Assembly (NCBI GenBank): GCA_034780895.1
Contig: JAUZTB010000107.1
Span: forward strand, 38,465,788-38,529,787
Source: Rhynchobatus australiae
Taxonomy: Eukaryota
Length of the DNA: 64,000 nt
Reading direction: 5' to 3'
Position 1 is the first letter of the stretch. Each line of letters begins with the position of its first letter. This document shows, piece after piece, positions 37,301 to 49,695 of the stretch. A program made the translations under genes and the position numbers. The notes below the pieces were generated by a model. The model had not been told where the DNA came from. It made no database searches and was given only the letters and a program-made list of their open reading frames with translations.

Positions 37301-39409
37301 CCCCATGTGTTTATTGCCCTGCCACCATCCCCAAAACTACCCAAAAAAAACAAATATTGATCCAAGTGTCTTATCTGTTCCTTCTTGCTCGTCAATGTGC
37401 CAGCATGTCTGTAGCAAATCCTTCCCTTGACAGGAGATATTTGAAAGTTTGGAGATACTTTGGTAATTGTTCCAGTTCAGTAGTTTCATGTTATAGCTTA
37501 TGGTAACGGCTTCAGCTAGTGGGAGGAAAGAAAAGTACTGATCTGAGCTGCTAAGAACATTGTTCTCTCATATTAGTGACTAGCTGTGAACAATTTTGTG
37601 GATCAATTATTGTTGCAATGCCAAAAATCAACATTGATTTTGTAGCAAATGAAAATTCTGGCACAGAGTTATCACCAATCTCTTCCCAAATAATATTTCA
37701 GATATTTAGATTGCGCTGACAGTGAACAAGTTCTGATAAACTGAGGGACCCCTAGAATGTAGAGCCCTACCCTAAGAACCACTTTAAGCTTACCCTTCTC
37801 TCTGCAGTCAAACCAAATAACTAAAATGCATTCAAGCCCACTGGACTACTTCTGCAAGAGTGGCTAGACTAATACTGTCTTGTGGGAGGTAGATAAAGGT
37901 TAAATCCTTGGAATTAAATTTTGTTAATTGTTCTGATAATTTTATATCTTTTAGGTTTTATGGCAAGATTGCTAACGAATTAGGAGACCATGATTCCAAG
38001 ACACTGAAGTCAATCAAACAGCATGCAAAGGGCATGGCTGGAATTTCTGGAGAAAGAATCTGGTTTGAGCTGAAAAAAACTTTAGTTGGAAACCACGTTG
38101 CTCACCTTGTCAGTCTAATGTATGAACTGGATGTAGCTCAGTATATTGGTAGGCATATAAATCTCTATATTTTTATTGCTGAGTTGGTGTGTGTAACAAA
38201 GTTTCTTGATGGTTATGGAAAATTTTTGTACTGATTATTTTTACCTTCAATTTGCTTTTCTCTTTGCAGGATTACCGGTCATTGAAGGCAACCTCGAGGA
38301 ACTAAACAGGGTATGCAGAAATGTGCAACATCACTCTCCGAAACCCATGACTGTTCTCTCAGCACTGTTTCGAACACAAGATGATGTTCTAAGACTTGAT
38401 TTGAGGCTAAAAATTTCAAAAGAAGAAAAGCAACTTGGCTTATTCCTTGTTAAGTATCGAAGAGATTTGATGAAGGCTGATGGTGCTGATCCACTTAAAC
38501 CCTACAGAGATTTTATCATAGATGTAAGTAGTAAATTAATTCAAAAAGAAATGGGAGAATTATAAACTGGCACTTTGGATTTATGTAAATTAACGTTATG
38601 ATGAAATGTTGGTGAAAATGACCATGTAGTTTTTAGACAATTTTTTATAAATGGTAGATCTGTTCAGATAAGCAGCCTTTACAATTTGTATCAGTATTGT
38701 ATGACTCGTTGCTTTGAGTATGTGCCAGTGAAATTTAACTAGTAATAGAGCAAAACCACAACTTAGGCAATAATACAGGCTGAGATATTGGTCCTCCAAT
38801 TTAATCATGCTGTGCAAAATTTGGTTTACCATGCAGTCTTCTGTCACACTAACACACAATTAATCAACTTGATCGTCCAATAGTCAACTGTTGGGTGTTG
38901 GGATGAGGTCTTACAATAAATGCAAACAAGTTTTTCTTTTATTGGCTAAGATGGTAAAAGCATGAGACATCAAACATTTAATCTGTCACAATTAAATACT
39001 AAAACTGCTTTTGAATTTCTACCCGGTTTTCCAAGTCTGCACGTTAATTTGTGTTGTACAGTAGGTTGCTGAAGAGTTTAGGTGTATTTAGGTGCTGTGG
39101 TTGTATATGTACAGTAGGTTACTGTGGGTTTGATTTCCCTGTTTTCTGCTCAATTTTCAGTCCAGAGAACCAGATATGCAAAGCAAAGTGTGTGAATTAC
39201 TGAAGTACCAAGGAGAGGAGAAGTTACTGAAGGAAATGGAGCAATGGTCCATACCACGCTTTCCGGTTAGCGGCCATGATCTACGAAGAATTGGAATAGT
39301 TTCTGGAAAAGAAATTGGGACAATGCTGCAGGAACTTCGGGATACATGGAAAAAAAGTGGTTACCTGATGGATAAGGAAGAGCTATTGAGTTTTGTAAAA
39401 AGTCCTTAA
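34182..39409 (+). CDS. TRNT1: CCA tRNA nucleotidyltransferase 1, complete spliced CDS: 34182-34305, 34586-34779, 35548-35686, 35812-35938, 37955-38148, 38270-38523, 39161-39409 (1281 nt, 426 aa)
   Basis: All introns are GT-AG with matching phases. The translation has class II nucleotidyltransferase motifs [26 protein letters not shown] and SGERIWFE and follows vertebrate TRNT1 throughout. Confidence 0.98.
34586..34779 (+). CDS. TRNT1: TRNT1 coding exon 2 ([19 protein letters not shown]...HGTITAR)
   Basis: Acceptor ctccag|, donor AGA|gtaggt; contains the catalytic DxD. Confidence 0.97.
35548..35686 (+). CDS. TRNT1: TRNT1 coding exon 3 ([12 protein letters not shown]...[11 protein letters not shown])
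   Basis: Acceptor catag|, donor TAG|gtattc; RRD motif. Confidence 0.97.
35812..35938 (+). CDS. TRNT1: TRNT1 coding exon 4 ([25 protein letters not shown]...[12 protein letters not shown])
   Basis: Hand-translated. Acceptor ttctcag|, donor TAG|gttggt; EDxxR motif. Confidence 0.97.
37955..38148 (+). CDS. TRNT1: TRNT1 coding exon 5 (FYGKIANE...[11 protein letters not shown]...VAQYI)
   Basis: Acceptor ttttag|, donor TTG|gtaggc; SxERI motif. Confidence 0.97.
38270..38523 (+). CDS. TRNT1: TRNT1 coding exon 6 ([11 protein letters not shown]...PYRDFIID)
   Basis: Acceptor ttgcag|, donor GAT|gtaagt. Confidence 0.97.
39161..39409 (+). CDS. TRNT1: TRNT1 last coding exon ([19 protein letters not shown]...LLSFVKSP*)
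   Basis: Acceptor ttttcag|; FPVSGHD and GKEIG motifs; TAA stop. Confidence 0.97.
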   Translation, partial: SREPDMQSKVCELLKYQGEEKLLKEMEQWSIPRFPVSGHDLRRIGIVSGKEIGTMLQELRDTWKKSGYLMDKEELLSFVKSP

Positions 39410-39880
39410 AAACCTCTGACAGGTCTTAGATTCAGGCATTGAAATAATTTTTTACTCAATGTTTGTGTTAGACCTCTTGCCATCAATCTCAGTTTCTAAA
39501 TTATATAAGTGCTTATTTCATTTGTTGTAAATTCAGCTGTTTTGTTTTACTGTCTTTATGATCACTTGTTTACTTGCATGTTCACTAGTTTTATTAAGTA
39601 ACAGTTGGATTCTACTCAAAATTGGATGGATTTATATGTGCAGATGACTGGTCAGTTCTGTTCAATTTAGACCTTGTAATTCCATCTATTTGCACGTTTG
39701 AAGTTTGAACAGTTTGTGTTGCTGAAAGTAATTGGCATTGTGTCAGATAGATGATGCACCATTAAGGACTAGATCTTAACCTGCCTATATAAATTGAGTT
39801 CGTGTTCACCCACTAATGCTCTAATTTGAATAGAATCTGGTATGCAGGACATTCAAAGAATTAAAAAATCTCACCTCATG

Positions 39881-39886
39881 AATAAA
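39881..39886 (+). terminator. Candidate TRNT1 polyadenylation signal AATAAA
   Basis: AATAAA ~470 nt after the stop, followed by T/GT-rich sequence. Confidence 0.5.
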
Positions 39887-40289
39887 TGGTCTTGTTTTGC
39901 CATTTTTAGATTATAGACAATTATACATTTGTGCTGTTGGTTTACTTGATCTTTTAATTCGAGTCACAGAAATACAAAGAAAATAATCTCAATCTTGCAT
40001 GGATAAATTGTGATTCAACAAATGCTTTTGTTCTGTCCTGAAGATCAATGTTGTTGATGTGAGCAGGTAAGTTATGGGTGTGAAAAGAAAAGATAACCAT
40101 GAAATGCTGCTTTAAAAGTGGATTTTTGAGGGAGTCCCAAATTTATGTTTAGCTAAGTGGATTTAGCAGTGCTGTGGAAAAGCTGGAGGCTACTTTTCAA
40201 ACACTTGGCAATTTGAAAAGTTTCATCTGGTATCATCTGCTTCCACTGTTACCCCTGATGGCCTAGGCATCTATTTTTTAAAAAAACTT

Positions 40290-40520
40290 TTTCCTTTTCT
40301 CACCCTGGGGGAAGAAAGATTCTGATTGTCCATGCTCTCTATGTCTCTCATAATTTTATAAATTTCTATCTGGCTTCTCTGTAGCCTTTGATGCTCCAGG
40401 GAAAACAACCCAACTTCTTAAAGCTTATGTTCTCTAATCCAGGCTGCATCCTGGTGAACCTCTTCTGTCCCCTTTCCAAAGCTTCCACATCCTGCCTGTA
40501 ATGGGGCAGCCAGAATTTCA
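40290..40520 (-). mobile_element. CR1-like LINE fragment
   Basis: ccaggctgcatcctggtgaacctcttctg (RRFTRMxPG remnant). Confidence 0.7.
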
Positions 40521-40699
40521 ACCTTCACTGCACTGAATTTCAATGAAGACATCTCCAAATGGGTTTAATATGGCAGCCTAAGTACTTGACAGATTCTTGA
40601 AAGTCCTTTTACATTTTTAAAAATGAAACTGACATTGCCCCTTCTTCCATTCAAAATTGTTATCCACTGGCCCATTCTTGTGTTGACAGCAGGAATGGT

Positions 40700-41680
40700 G
40701 CAAATTGTATCAGAGACTTTTTGAGGGGGTAACTAAGAAGATTGATGAAGGTAGGGTAGTAGCTGTTTGGCATAAGAAAGGGTCCTGCCTGCATGGTAGA
40801 CTGGTCCAAATGATTAAGGCACAAGATGAGCTGGCAAGTCAGATCCAAAATTGGTTTGATGATAGGAGGCACAGGTTAGTGATGGAAGAATGTTTTCCTA
40901 ATTGGAAATGGGTGATCAGTGGTGTACTGCACAGATCAGTGCTGAGACCTTTGTTACTACTCTCTTTTAACAACCTGGATGTGAATGTAGGAGGTATAAG
41001 TAAATTTGCAGATAACACAAAAATTGGTGTGGACAGTGGGGCAGGTTGCCTAAGGCTACAGCAGGATATAGATGGGAAGTTGGTTGGAGCATTGGCAGAT
41101 GGAACTTAATCTTAACAAGTGTTACTGCATTTTGGGAAGAANNNNNNNNNNCATGTACATAAATGGTAGGGCACAAAGGAGTATTGATATTGAGAGACCT
41201 TGGGGTTCAAGTCTGTAGTTCCCTGAAAGTAGTGACACAGGTAGGTTGGCAAAGAATGCATGTAGCATGCTTGCCTTCATTGGTCAGGTCACTATAAAAG
41301 GTGGAAGGTTATATTGGTTAGACAGCACTTAGAGTATTGTGTGCAGTGAAGTTCTGGTTGCTGATGGGAGCGTAGAGGAGATTGGATAGGCTGGGCTTGT
41401 TTTTCCTGGAGTAAAGGGAGCTGAGGGGTGATGTGATAGAAGTATATAAAATTATGATAGGCATAGATAAGGTAGTCAGAATCTTTCCCAGGGTAGGGTT
41501 ATCAAATTCAAAAGGGCATAATTTTAGCTGTGAGGAAGGAGTTTGAGGGGATCTGAAGGGATTTTTTTTAAAGAGATTGAAACCTCTGAAGAGGCGGTGG
41601 TGGAATCAGATACAACTATTACATTTATGAACCATTTAGACATGTATTTGAATGGGCCAGGCATAGAAGGATATAGATCA
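40700..41680 (+). mobile_element. Degraded CR1-like LINE RT region
   Basis: ORF 40705-41109: FEGVTKKIDEGRVV...SGVLHRSVLRPLL...ISKFADNTKIG. Confidence 0.85.
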
Positions 41681-44074
41681 AATGTTTTGTATATTTTGTT
41701 TTTAGTCATAAGGGGCAGATCTGTTGTTCAGTGAGCCACTGTTTCTTGCAGCATTCTTTGGACAGGTGGCTTATCCTTGGCTAATCCACAAGGCTGCTGT
41801 GCTTTGGTAATGGGCTGGCCCACATTTGAGTTTTACTGGAGTTAAAGAAGAAAGGTGGAAGTTGGAAATTATCAGGACACTGGCATGCATTAGCTCATTT
41901 GCTTTTTCAAAATAAAAAGTAGAGGTTTTATGTCAGTAAACCTTCCAACTGACTGGGGAAAAGGTCTTCTGATGTGTTGCTTATACATTAATAACTGCTT
42001 CTAATTAGCCCATAAAGCTTGGAACTTCCTTGAGCTTTAGCACTCTGCACTTCTGTGAGCAGGGTTGAAATCTGGGCTGAAGGAATGAAAGGCTTTTGGT
42101 GCATTGAAGGATTTGAATCAAAGTGATATTCAAGCTGTCTTGCTAATTTCCATTCATCCATCTGCAAATTGTAAATTGGTGTACCTAATTCAATCAATTG
42201 TTTTTGATACATGGTTTGACTTATGCCATTGCTTAGCAAGGCATTAATATAACTCCTTTCATTCCTGCAATGGAGCAGTGCTGATTCAGGGTTGTGCTGC
42301 TAGGATCACTGGTAGCAGGGGTTATCATCCAGTCCTTGGGCATGAAGATTCCACAAGGGTGCTGAGCTGTGTATTGCAACAGGATGCAGCTAACTCCACA
42401 GAAGGTTCAGTGGAAGACAAACAAATTAGTACCCAAGTTCATTCACATCTGCTAGTAAGCTGAAATACTAATAATTTTAAGGGTAACTTCCTGCAGTTCC
42501 CAAGATTTGCTTCATTGAACAAGTCTGGCTACTTCAGGTTTGTAACTTAATGACCCTGAAGATGGTTCTCAACTACAGTGGTTACTGGCAATACAACCAA
42601 CTAAGATAGTTCAGCCTTTTAGTTTACCTAAATAAAACAATGCAAGACAAACTTAACCTCAGTACCATCCACATGAACCAAAAGACTTGTTTTACTCTGG
42701 CCAATATTTTGAAATCTCTGCTTAATTGCATACTTTCCTATGGCTAGAGCCTAGAAGTTAGGAGAGCTTGCCCCAATAATTTTTCAATATAGCTTTAAAA
42801 TAATTTGACACTGCAAGGCTATACTTCCTAACCATTTATATTCTGTGCATTTTCAACTTTGATAAATTCTGAAAGTGTTTGTGTAAACATTATACATTCA
42901 CTTTGCACTTCAAAAAAACTTTGCATATGTCAAGTTTTAGTATCCCTTACAATGAAATATCTGAATGAAAATGGATACGTTTGGATCTGGTGCGAAAAAT
43001 TACACGTCCATTTTGTTCCTTAATATTTTAGCTATATTGGGAACAATTGGTTTCATGTTCAATGATCACAATGTCTAGAAATGTTTGCTTAGAATTTTTT
43101 TTTCATTATTTTACTAAATTACCTTTGGGATGAATGCATATTGGTTATCTTTTTCATGTATCCTGCTTTGTATGGGAAATAGGATTAAAATAAACCTGTT
43201 ATGGTAGTATTTGATTACACATGACTTGCCAGGAAAAAGCTGTAATCACCTTTTTGTGCATATACTTGATATATGCTTTAACACAGTACAAATGGTCTGT
43301 TGTTTGACTTGCCTATGCATCTTTCAGTCTGAAACTTTTTTTGCACTATGTGCTGAGAGTTGAGTCACTGGACAAGATTGTGCTCAATCCAGCTTGCACA
43401 NNNNNNNNNNCATTGCACTCACCGGCTGTGCTGTTGCACTTTTACCACCCTGTTGGTCCAGTGGTTTTCTGCCTCACTGACACTGCTGTCCTGTAAAGTG
43501 GAGCATTTCATGAGAGGCAACTCTGTCTCAGGTGGCAGATCCACCTTGATGACCTCTTGGCACCTCACTGCTGTCAAAGGCCTTTTTAAAGCAGTTGACA
43601 TAGTCATAAGCAATTTAAAAAAAAAATTAGTATAGGAAAATTAGATTTATTTGAAATATTTAAGTGATGGTAGTGAATTAAAAGCAGGAAGATCAAGTAA
43701 AATGAAGAAAACAAAACTATTTATCCACACTGACCTCTCCAACTTCAGTCAGTGAGTCCATTCAAATAAATGAGGCTACATGACATACTTGCCATAATTA
43801 GTGTAAAGCTAGGGGGCCAATGGAAAGTGCATCCAGCAGGAGGTTTGCATCTTGCTACAGACGTTGGGGTGGGAAGTAAAGTCGCAAAGCAGGTGACCAA
43901 ACAAACCAGCAACTGACCTCCAGCTCATTTCCCAACTTCCACATTGCAAAATTCAAGAACAAACTAGTCACAACAGAAGTGCCAGCGAGCCATTAACTGC
44001 ACTGAAGGGATTGGGAAGCAGTAGGGCATCGACCTCAAAACGATCAGGGGTGATGAATTAATGGTGAAATGAAT

Positions 44075-44672
44075 GAGAACATAGAACAATACAGCACAGT
44101 ACAGGGCCTTCAGCCCACAATGTTGGGCTGACATTTTATTCTACTCGAAGATATAACACTTCCTTCCCACATAGCAGTCCATTTTTTAAAAATCATTCAC
44201 ATGCCTATTTTAAGAGTCTCTTAAATGTTCCTAATTTATTTGCCTCCACCACCTCTGCCTGTAGTGTGTTCCATGCACAGAGTACTTTATGTAAAAAAAA
44301 AACTTACCTGACATCCCTCTTGTATCTTTCTCCAGTCACTCTAAAATTATGAACCCTCGGGTTAGCCATTTTCACCCTTAGAAAATGTCTGACTGTCCAC
44401 TCAATCTATGCCTCTTATCACCTTGTACACCTCTATTAAGGCACCTCTCATCCTCCTTCGCTCCAAAGAGAAAAGTCCTAGCTCATTCAACCCATGCTAA
44501 GAAAATGTGCTCTCCAATCCAGGCAGCATCCTGGTAAATCTCTGCACCCTCTCTAAAGCCTCCACATCCTTCCTATAAATGAGGCAACCAGAAATGAACA
44601 CAATACTCCAAGTGTGGTCGAGCCAGAGGTTATAGAGCTGCAACATTACCTTATGGCTCTTGGACTCAATAC
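44075..44672 (-). mobile_element. CR1-like LINE 3' fragment
   Basis: gaacatagaacaatacagcacagtacagggcc tail; ccaggcagcatcctggtaaatctc. Confidence 0.85.
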
Positions 44673-47600
44673 CATTTCAGATTCCAGCATTTTAAGTTTT
44701 ATCTGCTTCCTCAGAATTGCCTTTACATGTCAAATTTAGAATATCTCGTTGGTAAAAAGAATAACTTCATTATGCGCTTGCCTATGGTGAGGTAGACAGC
44801 AAGCTGCTATGGCAAATGACAGAATGGTGCAACTTGGACAGCCTCCTTTGAAAATTGGCATTTTACAACATTTGCTCCTTTATGCTTAAATTGAGTGAGC
44901 ACCCTTAGCTTTATGGTTTATTTCACAGTATAACATGGTCTAATATTTCCATTGTTCCTTTCTCAAAGTTTCCTTCATCCCTTCTGTGGAAAATCTTAGT
45001 TGTTTAATTCTTGGAAGTTAATTTCACCAATCCTTTTGTAATTCTGTTAAAGAGACAATAAGTACTAGTTGCTTAAATCATTGTCCTTTAAGAATTTACA
45101 TTCCCACCCTCAAAATGCTCTTTTGACTTTCAATGGTACTGTCACATTTCCTCCATTGCTAAAAATAGACAAAAGTTTACTTTCCTCCAATTATCTATTT
45201 ACTCCTCAGCAAATCTCAATTCTTCATGGAACCCAAACCCACAAGGAGTGTGAATACTCATCATATCTCCTGGCATTTTTAAACTACCTCTTCAGAATAG
45301 TATACAATAGAAATCTTGCTATCAAACAGGTACTCTCTCACTCACCCCATTTTCTATCCACTAAAAGCAAGAGGGGGTTAGATTTTGGTTTCGTTTGCGG
45401 TCATTAATAAACCGGCTGTTTGTAACCTAATAATGTGTATTGTGGAAAGTTTTTTCCCTCTGATTAAAGTCTCGCGTCAACAGCTTGTAATGCAGAGGAA
45501 AATAGAAAGAAAACACTGGAAATATGACAGATGGACAAAGGGAAACATTTGAAACACCACCCCCTCCAAAAAAGGCCAGAAGCATTTATTTCACTGAGGT
45601 AATGATGTGTATCATATCCATTTGGTGATGCTGCTGGAAAGAGCAAGTCTTCAGGCTGTCTACGTACTTCTAAAATGGTACACAAACTTCAGAAGAATTT
45701 CCTAAATGTCACTAAGATTAATGGTAGTGAGACATTTTGAACATTAGAATATTTCTCCTATAAATTTGATTATTTCCACTTTAAGAGCATTTTGGAAAGC
45801 TAAAATTGATACTTGCAATTTAAAATGACACCTGTATGAGGATTTGATTTAATCTTCTAGGATTAAAGACCACTTTATTTTTAAATGCATTGTTGTTTTA
45901 TTCGGTAGAAATAATGAAATGTTTGAGGTTATTCTTTCCTTGCATGATTCAGAGATTAATGTCATAATTAGTTTTCATTTTGTCAATTTAATGGGGGAAA
46001 AATACCAACATGGTGTGCACAATAGGCCAAGATGATTAGTTGTGTTTCTATGAACAACTAAGCATCTGGTCTTTTGTAGGAATAACTTAATTTCTAGTCA
46101 CTTTGAGCTGGATTGCATTGACAGCTAGCTGCCTGTTACATAGGGAACCACCAGCAACCTGCAGTGTACACTCCAGATTTCAATGTCTGTGTACTGCAGG
46201 AACACCTGACCTCTTGGCTTGCTTCTTGACTCACCATTGAGTTCAGAGGCATTCTGTAATATCTTGCTCTGAGGGATGCACTTTGTACCTAGCTCCTCAT
46301 TATGGTGCATCTTGTGCAGGTCTCCTTATTTGAATGGTCATTCACCTTCACTGAAAGAAAACCAACTCTTTTACATTTTAATATTTTACTTTTATAATTT
46401 AAATGTATTTAAATGTAAATTTATTATTTAAAATTTACATGTTTTCCCATTGATTCTAATCAGAGTCATTTAGAAACTGGGAAAGGTATCAGAAGGCCAT
46501 CTGAGAAGGCTTTAGTTTCTGCCACCCATGGCCAGGATGCCATGTACTGCTGCTTCATTTCATGGAATGGTTGTGGCAATGTGTAGCAACAATAACAAAA
46601 AGGTAAGTGCTACAGAAGAATAATGAGAGAGAATGATGACTGCAAGACAGGGCCAGAACTTGCAAAGTCTGATTTATCAAACTATCAGGATATTATGAGT
46701 CATCTAGCATATATTGCAACATACCTATAAAGAACTTGAACTCTCCATCATAATTTGTAAACCATTTCTCAAACTACACTGAATAACTGTTTTCCTACTG
46801 CTCAGAGAAAAGTAATCTGTCTGGACCTGCTGAGGTCACTTTGCAACCATTTTCATGTCAGATTAGAAATCTAAATGCATTTCTTAGTTTGAGATGGTTT
46901 CCAGAGAGGAGCAATGCAATAAACAGATACTGTATAAAAACAATAACTGGAACTGAAACCTCCAACCATGCTTAGATTTAATAGAGAAAAGAATTCTTTA
47001 GCAATACAGGTTTTAAGGACTCACAGTTCATTATTGTTCCCACCTCATCTCTGCCAGTGAGCATTTCCTTCACTGAAATTAAACTGAATTCCAAATGAAT
47101 ATTCACTGAAGTTTCAAAATGACCGTTCTCTTTGGTAACTGGTGAATTTTTCAAATATCACTGCAAGCTAAATGTATGAACAGAAAGCAAAATACCAGAG
47201 AAGTTAGAAATCAAACTTTAAATCCTGGAGATACTCAGATCACAAAGCTGGTGGAATTATTATAGATCCTTCAAAACCAAAAGGTTCTGAGACTTAGCTT
47301 CCAAAATGCAACTTGATCGTTTTCTGACCTTTTTCTTCTTTATTGTATTCTGTTACAAATTTAAAGCGTAAAGGCAATGCATCCAGTTCAACTTTCAAAT
47401 ATCTTTAAATGTTATAAAATAACCACAAAATGAAAGCTTTCATCCTCCAATAAGTTTCCAATGGCTCAGATTAAGCAGATGCACTTCAAACGTACCACAT
47501 TTTTTCCCAATCATATCAAAAATGAACCTGTTATCTGTTCCATTTTCAGATGCTTTGGATGTTGCACTTCAACAGTTAGATTACAGGCTACAGCACAATA

Positions 47601-49191
47601 ACCTACATTGTTGTGAAAATGGCTGTAAATTCAACTCAGCATCCAAGAATACAGAGCAAGATTTAAACTCGCCACACTACAATTTAAGAATATTTGTTGG
47701 TCACAGCTTTACCAATACTTTACTTTGTTGAACAGAAGGCAAAATTGTCTTGCAAAATGCTTCAATATTACAAAACATTATTACTTTAATTTGTTCATTA
47801 AATATAAAATTATGGAAGTAGGTTAGCATTACAAAAGAACTCTGCAAAAATTCTGTTAAAGTTAATGTCTCCAAAATCTCTTTAATCATTTCAGTTGTAT
47901 CTTAGTTCCTTTCCAATTGCCTTGCAAAGAACAGTATAAATTTCTTTCAACGCATCTGACAAAAACAAGCTTGCGTTACTGAAAAGAGCACTGCTTCTCA
48001 GAACACCTACAATTAAAATAATGCTTTCAATACTGATTCTCAATTACTAAACACGCAGTAAATCCCATTATTTACAACTATCTCAAGAAAAATAGATCTC
48101 ATTATAACAGCATTTACTAGGAACTAAGTAATTTGCCAGAATGAAAACAAAGAACAGCACTGTAGTGCCTTATTAATATGTTGACCACATCACAAATTCT
48201 GGTCTATAAATAATACACCAACTACTATGAAAATGGCTACAGCAGATGATTTTTCAGCAGCCTCAGCAGAATAACTGTAGATTTATTGAAAAGCTACGAT
48301 TGAAGCATTCATTAAGTTGTTCAAATAATCTTGTTGCAAGTCAACTCCCAGAACTATGCAAAATGATTATCAAAAAGGACATCTGAATGCTGCCATCTTA
48401 TAAAATATTAGGGAGTTAGCAATCACCTTAGAAAAACACTCAAGTAATGATCAATAGATTTCTCATTAGGCATACATGCAAAATTTAAATATGATAACTT
48501 CTTAATTGTATTGTGAACAGCATATTGCTTTTAAAAAAAATCGTTGCAGTTTTGGGGGCGAATTTTATGGAAACATGCTGCACAAACTCTCCCACTGAGA
48601 ACATAACCATAACTTGGGGAGGCATTACCGTAATCTATTACTATGAATGGAAGAACAAGAGTGGATGTACCCAATTTCATAAAGAATGTTCTGAGAAGGG
48701 AAAGCCAAAAGGTCTACATGTAAAACTAATCTGATTTGGGGTTTAGGTTCCCAATTCTCTATTCCTTTACTTGTTTGCTTAAAAGAGGATATAAGTCAAC
48801 ACAATGACTAATCCAGCATTCATCCATGGGAATGCAATTACATTGGTGGTTCCAGTCAAGAAGCCAGTTGATATGTGGTCAGATAATGGAAGAAAGTTAT
48901 TCATTCAATAGGGGGGCCTTTTAACTGGAGCATTTTTACAAAAACCATAATGCAGAATTCAACAACAAATGCTGCAAATAGCAATTTGAAATATAACCTT
49001 AATTAAAAATACATCAACCTAAAATAGAGGAAAAATGCCATTGTAGGGCCCTGTCAAAACCCATATGGTAAATCTTCCTTGGTACAGCAAATGGTTAAGT
49101 ATCTCAGAACTTCATATGGCTTATCCAAATTCAAAGCAATACTTCTTATAGCTGTTAAGAAAGTTATTTTTTTTGTCTCCAAAAGATAACC

Positions 49192-49251
49192 TTTATTAAA
49201 TCACTGCACCTGATCTGGGGTGAGTTGTTTACAACAATACTGTAATTTATT
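49192..49251 (-). terminator. Candidate CRBN polyadenylation signals (two AATAAA on the minus strand)
   Basis: tttatt on + at 49192-49197 and 49246-49251, 260-320 nt after the stop. Confidence 0.45.
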
Positions 49252-49457
49252 GTCACAATCTGCATCAATATTTCATATGGTGGCGCTACGTAATTCACTT
49301 GATTTTGAATCTGATTTTAATGTTTAAGTCAGTAGATCCATCAGAGCCATGTCATGCATGCCACTCACAGTTCGCTATTATTTTCTTGAATAACTCTGTG
49401 ATAAGAACTAGAGGTTCTTTGGCACAAGTAACTACAGTGCTATTCACTTATAGATAT

Positions 49458-49508
49458 TTATATCTATATATAAAATATATATATATACACACACATACAT
49501 ATACACAG
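49458..49508. repeat. (TA)n(CA)n compound microsatellite at the start of the CRBN 3' UTR
   Basis: Seen directly. Confidence 0.8.
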
Positions 49509-49511
49509 ACA

Positions 49512-49695
49512 TTAACGGCATGGTTGCCAACATCCTTCCTGTTGACTTTCATCATCCATTTCTGGTATCCTGGGTTGCAGAGCTGCCCGTGTTAATCCCC
49601 AGAATTTCTGGGGCAACATGTCTTTCTTCGTTGCTGTAAACTTCCAACCCATATGACTTCCACAAGTACGGCACTGGGCTATAGTCCACGCAAAG
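49512..49695 (-). CDS. CRBN: CRBN exon 11 ([60 protein letters not shown])
   Basis: Hand-translated; ctgacag| acceptor; second CxxC and GWKF; TAA at 49514-49512. Confidence 0.96.

Noticed and set aside
43419-43613. 64-aa minus-strand ORF ending at a donor-like CCG|gtgagt downstream of CRBN
   Set aside because: No recognisable protein, no clear acceptor and no linked exon.
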